DNA of 64,000 bases from Azolla caroliniana (Eukaryota; Plantae; Polypodiophyta), in assembly GCA_043228905.1 (NCBI GenBank), contig JBHGNT010000006.1:14136001-14200000 (forward strand), read 5' to 3'. The position numbers and the translations under genes were made by a program. Positions 1 to 12,400 of this stretch are shown piece after piece (the first letter of the stretch is position 1; every line of letters begins with the position of its first letter). The notes under the pieces are model-generated. The model searched no databases, had not been told where the DNA came from, and saw only the letters and a list, made by a program, of their open reading frames with translations.

Positions 1-3000
1 GAGAGCAATATGCCGGCGGGGGTTCGGATCACCTCAATCCCAAGGAAATAGTGAAGGTCCCCCAAGTCCTTTATCTCAAATGCGTCCGACAACTGGGACT
101 TGATTCGACTGATTTCATCAAGTTCGGGTGCGGTGATGACTAGATCATCAACGTACAACAAGATGCAAACCAAACCGTTTGGACCTAGCCGGATGAACAA
201 TGAAGAGTCGGATTTGGAGGCCACACACCCCATCTTACGCAACCGGTGCATGATCTTCGCATTCCAAGCTCAGGGAGCTTGCTTCAAGCCATAAAGTGAC
301 TTCTTCAGTCGGCATACCACCGATTTGTTCATCTCTGTCTGGAAACCGGGAGGTTGGGTCATAAAGACCTCTTCTTCTAGATCGCCTTGAAGAAATGCAT
401 TCTTCACGTCCATCTGGTGAAGATGCCACTCCCTTGCCGCAGCAACCGCCAGCACCACACGAACCATTGTCATCTTCGCTACCAGAGCAAAGGTCTCGTC
501 GTAGTTGATTCCGTGGGTCTGCGCGTATCCCTTCGCCACTAATCGGGCCTTGTACCGGTTAACTGAACCGTCAACGTTGTACTTTACCTTGTACACCCAC
601 TTGCATCCGATCGGTTTATAGTGATGGGGAGGGTCAACCAGCTCCCATGTCTCGTTGGCATCAAGTGCCTGCATCTCTTCTTCCATAGCGGCACGCCAAT
701 GTGAGTCCTTTGCCGCTTCTACGTAGCTCTTCGGCTCATGCACTTCCGCCACCTTGGTCATGTACGCATAGTGATGCGCATTGTACTCATTGTACCCGTA
801 CCGCATTACAAGTTCCTTCTAGCGATTTGACCGGCATAATCCACCGTTACCCGGTTTGAGGCCCTTCTTATCCGGTTCGGTCTTCGGTGCCGAAGAACCG
901 TCATTTTTCTTTCCGGAGTCGGATCCGCTCTGATCCGACTCATCATTACCAGTTTCATAATCCGACATCTTCTTCTTCCCCTTCTCTTTGCGCATGAACC
1001 GTCTCCACAATTCCTTGTGCGGGGAGAGCACAACCGAGTCTTCACTACTCGCCGGTTCCTCTTCTAACTGGTCAGATTGACCCAGTCTCTCGTTCGGCCC
1101 ACTCAATCGAAACGATTCCGGACTCTCTTCTTGAGTCCCGGATTCATCATCTTCTATCTGGACTGGTTCAGGCTCACTAGCCTCATCCTCCGGTATCGGG
1201 TCGGGGTCAGAAGTCGGAGCTGGTAAGGCATACCATGATGCCATCTCATCAAACTCAACATCGCGGCTAACTCGAACCTGCTTCGTTTGGGGGTTATAAC
1301 ACTTATACCCCTTTTGCTCATGTGAGTAGCCGACGAGGATGCAGTTCTCCGATTTTGCATCCAGCTTCCTCTGCTTCTCATCCGGCACATGCACATATGC
1401 TATGTAGCCGAAAATCCGAAGGTGTCTCAAATTCGGCTTGTGCCCGAAATACAACTCATGCGCGGACACTTTTTCACCGATTCGGTTTTGGATGTAGATG
1501 GCCGTCCGGACCGCCTCAGCCTAGTAGAAGTGGGGCATGCTCTTCTCTTCCAGCATTGCCCTTGCCGTGTCGACAAGTGACCAGTTCTTCCTTTCGGCCA
1601 CACCGTTTTGCTCCAGTGTGTATCTGCAGCTGAACTCTCTCCAAATTCCTGTTTGTTGCAGATAACTATTGAATTGGCCGGAAAAATATTCTTTTCCGCC
1701 ATCTGACCGCAGGCACTTGATCTTCCTCTCTGATTCCCATTCCACCATGCTTTGGAGGTTCCGGAAACAGTCGAAGACTTTGCTCTTCCGCTCAATGAGG
1801 TAGATCCATGTGTGCCGGCTATAGTCGTCGATGAAGGAGACGAAGTATCGACTGCGGCCAAGACTCACATTCTGTGCCGGTCCCCATACATCTGAATGAA
1901 TAAGGTCGAGCTTGTTACGGCTACGGTTTCATTCGGTGGGGAATGGAAGCCGGTGTTGCTTCCCAAGTTGGCAGGCTTCACATACTTGGGCCTTCCGGCC
2001 ACTGAACTTCGGCAAACCGAAAACAACTTGTTTCATTTGCAGGACTTGAAGCCTCCGGTAATTGACGTGGCCGATTCGCTTGTGCCAGAGATCGATGTCC
2101 GATTCAATCTTCTGTCCTTTGGAGAACAAAGCGATGCCGACGTCATTGGTGTCGAGGATGAACATCCTCCCGTCTCTGCGCCCTTGCACAATAATCTGGC
2201 CCTCCTCCTCGATGAAGCACTCGAGGTGCGTAAACCGCACCTGCATTCCCTGGTCAATGATTTGTATGGCCAACACTAGGTTCTTCGTGATAGTCGGAAC
2301 GTGTAATACGTTCATTAGCTTCCCCTTTTGTCCGACGTGGCTCAAAGGGACTTCACCGACATGCACGATTGGGTGAGGAGTGTCGTCTCTAGTTTCGACA
2401 ACTCCCGGTTGTTCCGGTTTCTCCAGGAAGGAGAACCACTCTTGGTTTCCCCAAGCCTCTTTCGGCGTCTTGGCATCTCGGATGTGGCTCAATAGATGGT
2501 CTCCGACACTGGACGCAACAGTATATCACTCTCCTTGCCGATTGTTCCCACATCGGGAAGTCCTTGTGTGCCGCATCAGGTGCTGTGTCGTTAGCTCCGT
2601 CGACATAGCTCCAGTAACCATGCCCAAGCAGGTACTGGTGCACCTTGTATGACCAAGATGCGTAGTTGGATTTGTCGAGCTTCTCCACCGGAAGCGAGCT
2701 AGCCATTCCTCTATCCATTTGTTTTTTTTTCTGTTCTTTACAAAGGTTAGGTTTTCTTCTTGCGAAAGCGAATGTCGACTATAGAGGTTCTCAACCCTCG
2801 CACTCTGATACCATGTAGAAACAAATAGCATGCGGAAGCAATAGGAAACCAGAAAACAGAGAACAGGTTTAATGGAGAGCTTAACAGTACACGGGAGAGA
2901 CAGAGAGAGCACACAGAAACTCAATTCAAAAAAATACTACTCAGTCTGTACATCGTATGTGTTCAGTGAACACTTTTATACAAGTCCATCCGAACTAACA

Positions 3001-3211
3001 GAAGTACGATGTACTTCAATGCTCACACGAGCATCTGACACTAACTACGAGATATTAACTCCCTAGTAAACTAGATGTTACTTGGCTTCTGGTTACTGCT
3101 TGAACCAGCTAACCGGCTCCCCAGCTCATCGGCTCACTTACTCACCGGCTCACCGATCCGGTTCATCCTTCTGGATGCCGATCCAGATCCGGTTGAGCTT
3201 GCCACTCAACA
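1..3211 (-). mobile_element. Ty1/copia LTR retrotransposon, degenerate, internally deleted in gag, 3' part runs off the window start
   Basis: Minus-strand ORFs give gag start (LDKSNYASWSYK), GAG-pre-integrase (LWHKRIGHVN...CEACQLGKQ), integrase (FIDDYSR, LRSDGGKEY, QNGVAERKN) and RT ([28 protein letters not shown]). PBS TGGTATCAGAG at 2803-2813 (-). Same family as 59353..62297. Confidence 0.95.
2814..3211 (-). repeat. 5' LTR of the copia element
   Basis: Reads TGTTGAG...TTCTACA on the - strand, directly followed by the tRNA-iMet PBS; similar to the LTR at 59353..59798. Confidence 0.85.
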
Positions 3212-4764
3212 CAAAGAACAACAAGTGACAATCATAAAACCATATATCGGTTCTTTCAAAAATGTGAGTGGCCTAACATGTTTGCAATGTCATTTGCTCA
3301 AGGAGAAAAAATCAATACAAAAAGGTATAACAATCCATCCTAGACATTGGCATGCATCAAATGTACATGCAACCAAAAAATAAAAAAATTGTCTTCTTTT
3401 TACAACATGGCATTTCAGGTGGAGAAACTAACCGCAAGATAGCTTGATTCACAACTGCACTTCCAAAATGAAAATCAATATAAGTCAATACAAACAATTA
3501 CCATGCGAACATTCCTAACAAGAACATAACTTAATTCATAACCATGCTTCGAAAATGCAAATCAATGGAAGACAATAAAGAAACAATCACCATGCAAAAG
3601 TGCCTAACAAGAACATAACTCAATTCACCATCATATTTCCAAATTCAAAACACTACAAGCCAACATAAACATGTTAACATATTCAAATGTGACTCAAACG
3701 CAAAGCAAACAATCTTCGTATTTCGATGTAATTAAAGCTCCTGGAGACTCAAACGTTGCAAAAGATTGAACAAGAAAACATTTTTTCATCCAAAGTTTAA
3801 TTAGATCACATATATAACATATTGTCCAAAGATAGTAGCTACGCAATGTTGTTTGTTAGCATTGTTATGGTCCACCATGTTCTCATCGTTTTGTGTCTTC
3901 AACAAAGACAATGTTAGAGTTGCGTTTCTCCTTCATTTCTTTTCCAAGCTTTTGCATGTCATGCACATGCTCCTTGAACTCCTTCTCCACCACCTACAAG
4001 TCCACATCTATATCTCTCATTCCATGTCCTATTTCATACACAAAGTAAGACAAAAGAAATCAACTAATGTAACTTATCACAAGAAAAAGAGAAAAAAATA
4101 ACTAGGAAAGCAAACATTGTTAGATTATACTCTGAATGTAATACTTTAACTCTCTCACTTCATTACTTACTAAGGAAAGAACTTCTTTAATTCGGATGTA
4201 TCCATCGCAAGCCTCACAACTATCACATCAATTTGCTCATTCATGGAATTTGTTTGCATACAAACAAAAAATATCAGTAGTAAAAATTTAATCAAGGTAG
4301 CAAAGCCAATGAATCACAAGGACTCACAAACAACAAAATATTCATCATTTGGATTGAGATGTTGATATCCACATACTTTTTGCATCTCAAACAATAGTTC
4401 TTTGAAGAGGGAAGAAGAAGAAGAGGAGGAGGAGGAATCATATCGTGTGTAGCCCTAAACTGCCTGTCGATTAGGGTTTCAAATTGCTTTTGTGTTGGAA
4501 CATATTTGTTTTCTTTGTTTCTCCCCACCCTCGCTCACCATAGAAATAAAAATTCAAAATTCTCTTCCCACACCACAATATATATATATATATGGGTCAG
4601 GTTCCCTCAATGAGTTGGTTGGGTTCTTGCCTTTGAGTCGGGCTCTTGCCTTTGAGTTGGGCGACCGAGATTTGAATGTCGGGCTTATCGGGCTCCCTAA
4701 AGTCAGATTTTTTGATGGTGTGCTTTTTTGGATAAAGATATGACGGTGCACCTAACAATCGACA

Positions 4765-5165
4765 ATGGTTCAATTTGGTTCAAGAGGGTCAAAACTAAAT
4801 CGCTTAAAATTTTAGAAACCTGAACTGAATCAAACCGAACCATGAAACTGTTAAACTGAACCATTAAAAATTTTCAAATCATTAAGCCATTAAACCGATA
4901 AAAGAGTGGTTTCGGTTTTCAGCTTAGGTCAAAATTTAAAAATTTAAAAAATTTCATTATTTAAAATTTGAAAATTTTAAAGATTTTCCTAAAATGTGAG
5001 AATAAGGCATGAAAATGAAAAGATTGTTTAAAAATATTTTAAAAAAAATTTTAACTGTTAAATCACGGTTTTTAACTATTGAAACCGAACCAAATCGTTT
5101 AAACCGTTAAGCCGCAAGTTTGTGGTCCGGACTGGACCTCAACTATCCGGTTGGCTTGATTAGTC
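4765..5165. repeat. AAACCG/CGGTTT-rich non-coding repeat, possibly a MITE-like non-autonomous element
   Basis: Dense aaaccg/gaacc/cggtt motifs around an AT-rich core; termini not resolved. Confidence 0.35.
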
Positions 5166-5224
5166 AATTTATGTCACAACCGATAGCCGAACACCTTCCC
5201 TGCACGCAAAGGATCTTACAATAT

Positions 5225-5767
5225 GTATGGCCACGAAGGACATGGCGTTGTTGTATCAGGCAGGTGTAGTTGAACAACTAGTTGGCTACACAAATGTCAA
5301 CTAGGCCAGTAATGCCGGCGATCGCAGGACAACATCCGATTTTGCGTTCTCATTGGGAAGCGTTGCAATCACATGGAGTAGTAAGAAGTAGCCGATAGTT
5401 GCACTGTTGAGCACCAATGCTGAATACAGAGGAGCGGCGTTGCGACATGTGAAGCCATATGGCTCAAAAGGCGCTTGAAGGATCTGCATGTGGAGGTGTT
5501 TGAACCGACAATGATATACTGTGAACAACTTCAACAACATCCAACTTGCGAAGAACCCCGTCTTCTACACCCGGACAAAGCACATTGAGGTGCACTATCA
5601 TTTTGTTCGTGAGCGAGTTCTCTTTCGTGAAGTGGAACTCATATACATTCCGACACATCGGCAATGTTGCCGATATCTTCACCAAACCTCTTGGCCTGGA
5701 CAAGTTGCGGCCGTTTTCGAGTGCACTTGGCTTGCAACACCCGGAAATGCCGAACTTGAGGGGGAGA
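5225..5767 (+). mobile_element. Ty1/copia RNase H remnant with polypurine tract
   Basis: Translates (with stops and frameshifts) to LVGYT...DRRTTS...ITWSSKK...AEY and LAKNPVFYTRTKHIEVHYHFVRE...ADIFTKPL, followed by PPT gagggggaga at 5758-5767. Confidence 0.85.
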
Positions 5768-5922
5768 AGTCGGGAAAGAAAGAGCGAGAGGGAGAAAGCT
5801 GAAGTTCTGATGTTAGGTGCACCCTTGGAAACGCGTATAGCAAGCAAATAGTGGTGGGACAAATGAACTTGGAAGGACAGATTGAGATGATTGATGGGTT
5901 TTTATTTTTAAAACGTTTTGGG

Positions 5923-5987
5923 GAAGAAGAAGAAGAAGAAGAAGAAGAAGAAGAAGAAGAAGAAGCTGCAATCTCAAGCGAAGCAAC

Positions 5988-6024
<37 letters not shown>
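5923..6024 (+). repeat. (GAA)14 and (CAGA)9 microsatellites upstream of CSN6
   Basis: Counted directly: GAA run 5923-5964, CAGA run 5989-6024. Confidence 0.95.
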
Positions 6025-6026
<2 letters not shown>

Positions 6027-6232
6027 TCGATCCATAACAAACTCAACTCAACTGAGACTGAGACGAGAACAAAAAGACTTGTCTCTCCAGGGCAGCAGCA
6101 GCAGCAGCTTTGCGACCTGCGGGATCTGGGAAGCTCCCCACATTCACTGTGCGAAACCCTAATTGTCGCACAGACCTCAGCGTAGTGAAAGTGATCTCAA
6201 ATTACGAGAACTGGTCTCAGAAAAGAGCAGAC

Positions 6233-6485
6233 ATGTCCTCAAGCAGTGGCCTAACCTTCAAGCTTCATCCTCTCGTCATTGTCAATGTCTCTGATCATCA
6301 CACTCGTATCAAAGCTCAGCAATCCTCCGCGTCTTCATCTGTTTCTGTTCCCCCCAGGGTTTTTGGATGTCTCATTGGTGTACAGACCGGTCGTACTGTC
6401 GAGATTTTCACTAGTTTTGAGCTCAAGTATGATGATTCCGCAGATTGCCTTGATCGTGCCTTCCTTGAAACCAAACAAGAACAGT
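6233..6485 (+). CDS. CSN6: CSN6 exon 1
   Basis: ATG at 6233; LTFKLHPLVIVNVSDH...DRAFLETKQEQ; donor GT at 6486. Confidence 0.95.
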
Positions 6486-9400
6486 GTACGCATCCCATCT
6501 TTTCTTTCTTCTGTTTTTCCATCTCTTGAAATTTTCTTTATGATTGAAATAGGTTGATGATTCTGTGGAATCCCTTGATTTTTCCTTCTTCGAAACCAGA
6601 CAAGAACATCACAGGCTTTCCTTTCTCTTTTCCTTCTTTTCTTCTTCATGTCTCCGGCTACAAGTTCCACTGTGCCGAAATGCGGAGGGTTTTTGAGTTC
6701 TGAATTCTCTACATTCTTTTGCGTCTTCTGATCTGAGATTAAACCAGAATAGCCTATGTTTCTGAGCTCCGAATTCTTTTTAAAATTGAGATATATTTAT
6801 GATTCTGGGATATGCCTTGATACTTCTTTCTTTGCGCTACAAGAAAAGTGTATACTTTTCTTTCTTTGTAGTTTGAGCGCTGATTTTCTTTCTGTATGGG
6901 GTTTCTTGTCTTGAATCAATACTAAGGAAGATCAGTTTATGATTTTCTTTCCATTTGCTTTTTTTATTGTTTGGTTTTGAGCTGTGACTCTTCTTTGGGA
7001 TTCTGAAATATGATAATTCTGCATAGTGCTTTTTTGCTTCTTAGAAACTAACCAACAAGATTCTAATTTTTTTTTTTTCTGTTTCGTTTTATTTATTTTT
7101 GGTTAAGATTGAATAATGGTGGCCTGGTGGAATGCCTTGATCTTTCTGTCTTTGTCGTATATTGTTTATTGTCGAAATCTATGTTCGAAAGCTGCTAGTT
7201 GATGATGAGCATCAGAACTCATAAAATACCTTTCTTTTGACCAAATTAATGATTCTCAGTTCATTTCAGGAAAAAATTGGTTATGTAGAAAAAAGTTAGA
7301 AATGTTAATGTCTTAACCAAAGGTAAAGATACATCTGGTAAAGACATTAAACAAGACCAACATCCCTTTTCGTCTCTTATAAAGCTCTGAATTTTCTGCA
7401 TGTTTTGTTGAAATATATGATTATAAAGATACAATTTTGCCTCTGGTATGTGATGATCGTTGAGTTAGTCAATGTTTGATCTGCTTGACAAGATTGGATA
7501 TATAGTAAGCATCTGCAATGTCAGAGCTCATTTTTTTCCATCCAATCGATATATCTATTAAGACATATGCATATTACTTGTCTTTTTTATAGAAAAATAA
7601 ACCTTTTTAGAAACTTTTTTATATCTTTGGCATATAAAAATGTGCTGTAAGGTCGATTTTTCTTTAGAGCTGATGAGGTTAGTTAAATTTTGAACTTCTT
7701 GAGAAAGTTGGATGCAAGGGAGGTGTCCTAATTTAGGTTGATGCTTGGAAAGGCTCAGTTTCTCTAGAGTTGTGCTATTGCAAGATGATTTTTGCCTATG
7801 GTTTTCAGTGGTTAATGAGAAATAATTGAGTTTTTTGAGAAGATTGAACATATGATAAGGGTATTTGTTGGCAAGGCTTCATGTCCTATAGATATCTGTT
7901 TTAATTTAAAATTTATTCTGAGACCAACATAGAGGCCACAGACTTAAACTAGATTAGGTACATGTTTTCTCCCAGAATTTTATTGAAGATGAGTGGCTGG
8001 AAATGCACCTTTTGTACAAAAAAATCATCACTAAGAAAATATTGTCTTTGTATTGCTAACATTATTGATACAAGTTAGATAAAGAAAATTTTGTTTTTGA
8101 ATATAAGCTCCACTATGTTCACATTGTTTGCCCATATCTTTAGGTCCTGAAGCACATTCTCTTTGACTTCCTTGAATAGGCTAGCTTTATAATATACCTA
8201 TGTAAGACCAAACGAGAATTTGAACTAAAAGTGAAAGGAATGCTTGAAATTAGAGAAAAGGAATCGTGGGAAAAAGAGATGAAATAAATTAAAATATGCA
8301 TAAATACAAATGGTAAAAATGTTCATCTCTAGAGTGTCCCAACTCAAGCAATTCAGAATTCTTAACATGAGAACAATGAGCTCTAAAGTGATGATTGCAT
8401 GAGTGTTCTTGAAAGATCATAGCATACATTATCTTGAAATGATAAGTAAACTAGACAAATTACATGGGTGCCCTCATAAGACAATGTGCACATTTGCAGT
8501 TCCAAGAGCCACGAAATATGCTTATTTGATACACTTGTCACACCAACTCTTGCCTATGGAGTAGAAACGTGGGGACCGAGTCTTAACAAGGCAAATCATT
8601 GGAAAGATTTAGAGAGACCTTTAGTGTCAATGATTGCCCGCATGATAAGGAACAAAGATTTGGGCAGAGATGGGAGCAGCCCCTATAATCACTGAGGCAT
8701 TGTTCCGATCATTTACTTGTATCCAACGTCTTTGGGAGCTTTCTAAACGAAGGTACCCAAGATTGGCACTTACGTCATCAAGACAACTGGCTGAAGATGG
8801 AGACATTCATTGTTGGTGTGCCGAAATTCAACTATGGTTCGTGTCACATGGCATAAGCATAAATGCACTACCCCCGTCCCAATATAGCTTGGACTTTCCC
8901 CATCTAAACATGACCAAAGTGGAAAAAAATGGAGTTATCCGAATTGATATTATTAACTTGCAAAAGAAGATAACATGGATGAAACCTAAAATATCACTTC
9001 GTACGAAGATGGCCCACTACAAGACACTTTTTACACACATTAGAGGATGGATTCATCATTAGGCCACCTTATATGGACATACGTCTATCCTATGCGTTGC
9101 GTCGTGTGATAGGGTAGTTGCGAAATTCATCACATCAGCTAGAGATTGAGGTCAGCAGTTATACACGAATAACTCTAGAAGAAAGAATTTGCCAATTGTG
9201 TCATCAAGGAGTGGAGTCTGAAGAACACTATGTGTGTCACTATAGTGTCTTTTATGAAATAAGAGGGAGATACCATTGCCTCTTTAAACAAGGCGTTGGC
9301 CCATTATGCAAGGTAATGGAATATGAGGACCAACAGTGCTAGGGCTTTTCTTGCTAGAAGTCAAGAGACATAGGGAAAAGTTGTTGAAGGACAATACAAC

Positions 9401-12400
9401 CACACAAGCTCATCTACAAAGAACAATAACAACTTTCTTTAGCCTCGTCACTCCTACTAATGCTATAAGTCAATCAAGGGATACACAAATTGGCTCCCGA
9501 CTAGGACACAACAAAGGGATTGCAAAAGATTGGGTTATAGCAATTGGTCGTGCATGTAGGCCCCACCCCATGGACCATGACCTCAACACCTTTGTCATCA
9601 ACAGATAAAGGCCATCATCTCCTACCATCGTAGGTGCTTCCCTCGCTTCGGAAACCTCTCCATTCTAGATTGACCTATGCTAGATATCTTATGAAGACAA
9701 GAGCTATAATATATCTAACTTGAGAATCTTGCAGTGCTGAAAACCAGATTCTTTAGTTTCTTTTGATCTTATTTATTTTTATATTTACTGAGTAATATTT
9801 ATTTTATTTTGATTTGTTCTCAAAGACGAGACGACACTTAAGATGTAATCTCTTGTTTGGTCTTATAGGCTATTTTGGCCTCTTAAAAGACGTTAATATA
9901 TCTTTCTTTCTTTCTCATTATTTCAAGGAAATAACTAGAAAAATTTAGAGAAACCTTTAGTGTCAATGATTGCTTGCATGATAAGGAGCAAAGCATCAAT
10001 GGCCGATGATTTAATATGGGCAACGATGGGAGCAACGTCTATAATCATCGAGGCATTATTCCAATTAGTGACTTGTGTCCGACTATTTCGGGAGCTCTTT
10101 GCAGGAAGTTACTCAAATTTGGCACTCGTATCATCAAGACAACTTGTTGAACATGTGGACGTTCATTGTTGGTATGCTGAACTGCACGCATGGTATCAGT
10201 CACATGGTGTTACCATAAATGCACTACCCCCGTTCCAATAGAGCTTGAGCTGTCCCATCTAAACATGGCTAAAATGGAAAAGAATATGAGTGATCTGAAC
10301 TGATGTTATTAACTTCGGAAACAAGATAACATGGATCAGTCCCACACTATCACTTGGTATATGGATGGTCCACTTTAAAACCAACTTTTTACACATAGGA
10401 GGATGGATTCATCATCAGACCATCTTTTATGGATGTACATCTTTTATGTGCTGCGCGATGTGATAGGGCAGTTGCAAACTTCATCGCATCAGTATGAGTT
10501 CGAGGTAGGCAGATTTGCACGAATACCTCTAGAAGAAAGAATTTGCCATTGTGTCATTAGGGAGTGGAATTCGAAGAACATTATATGTAGTGTCTTTTAT
10601 GAAATAAGAGGGAGGTACCATTGCCTCTTTAAATAAGGCTTTGGCCCAATATGCAATGTAATGCATATGAGGACCAACAGTGCTTGGGACTTTTCTTGCT
10701 AGACCTTGAGAGACATAGAGAAAAATTGAAGGACAATAGTACAATCACACAAGCTCACCCACAAAGAAGAATCACAACTTTCTTTAACCCCATCCCACCT
10801 ACTAATGCTACAAGTCAATCAAGGGCTACACAAACGGGTTCCCGACCAAGACATAACAAAGGGGTTACAATGGATCGGGCAACAATTTTTTTTTGTGCAA
10901 GTAGGCCCCGGCTCCATGGACCACGGTCTCACCACCTTTGTCATCAACAAATAAAGGTCATTATTTCCCACCATTGCAAGTGCCTCCCTTGCTTCGGAGA
11001 CCTCTCTATTTTGGATTGATCTATGCTAGAGATCATACAATATATCTGACTTGAGGATCTTACATGTGTCAATAAATAACAAGATTTTTTAGTCCCTTTT
11101 TATCTTATAGACTTTTTTTTACTGAGTAACATTTATTTATTTTGGTTTGTTGTTTTCAAAAACAAGACAACACTTAAAATGTAATCTCTTGTTTGGTCTT
11201 ATAGGCCATTTTGGCCTCTTAAAAGACCTTAATATATCTTTGATTCTTTCTTTCTCAATTTATTTATATAAACTTAGAATTATATATTTGTTAATGTTTT
11301 TTTCCAGACAAGAAAGTTTTCCCAAAGTATGACATTTTGGGGTGGTACTCAACTGGGAGTGATATTCAAGAGACTGATATGCAGATTCATAAGACTGTAA
11401 GCTCTAATTTTAATTTTATAAGTACAATTCTTTCTGTATTTGAATGGTAGTTTTCGTTTTTTCTCTATGCTAGAACACTTTGATTGCCTTCAGTATATAA
11501 TAACGGATATTATATCTATTTTGGCCTTGCTATTTCCCCGACCTGTTAGATTTTTATTCAGCATCCTTATTCTATGGATTGGTTAGTGCTCTACAAAACT
11601 GAGGTTAGGGTTTTTGACTTGAGATTCAGGAAATATGCACTACTGTACTGGCCCCATTTTTATTTATGGGTATAGTGTTTACCTGGGGGTTTTTTGATTT
11701 CCTTTGTCTCATGCAGCCATTAGAGGATATAATAAAATTCAAGATATTATGGTAGAATTATAGGTCTATGGTGGACATCTAAAAGCTGCACAAATGAATA
11801 TAATAGTAATAAAATGTGCTGGCTAAAATATAAGTGCTGGAGGACACTAATGGCTGCTTGCCAATGAACTTGGCTTGGGGTTCGGAAACTGGTTGAGAAC
11901 ACTCACACTGCAGGACAAATCAGTTTTGGAGGGTTGCAGCTCCAGACTTGCACTCTTTTTCATCTCTATTATCTCTCTTCTACATTCTCTCTCTTCCTAG
12001 ATTCTTCTCTCTCTAGAATCAACAACTCTTTAAATGCCTTTTCTTTCTAGAATCTACAACGCTTTAAATGCCTTCTCTCTCTTCCTCTTTTTCTTATAGG
12101 CCATTTGGCCTCTTAAAAGACGTTAATATATCTTTCTTTCTTTCTTTCTTTTTCCAAGATATTCCCTCTTCTTCCTAGTTTATTGTACCTGCTTGGTAGT
12201 ACAAGAGTCACTTAACTACGAAATAACTATTTCACACGCGTTCCCCAATTTTGTATAAATAGGCTATACCAGTCTCTTTTGTAAAGACTTTATTTTTTCT
12301 GCTACTTGCAAAGAAGCTCTATTCTTTGGCTGTGTCTCTATTTTTTGCAACCATTTTTGCTACTGCTGTCTAACAGCCATTCTCACAGCTTGGCTGTGTC

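Noticed and set aside
3212-4560. Possible decayed spliced gene on the - strand
   Set aside because: Short frames with multiple stops and no recognisable motif; cannot be supported.
5679-6162. Poly-Glu, poly-Ser and poly-Leu ORFs
   Set aside because: Translations of the (GAA)n and (CAGA)n microsatellites.
6110-6232. N-terminal extension of CSN6 suggested by the ORF track
   Set aside because: It starts at TTG, not ATG; homology to CSN6 begins at the ATG at 6233.
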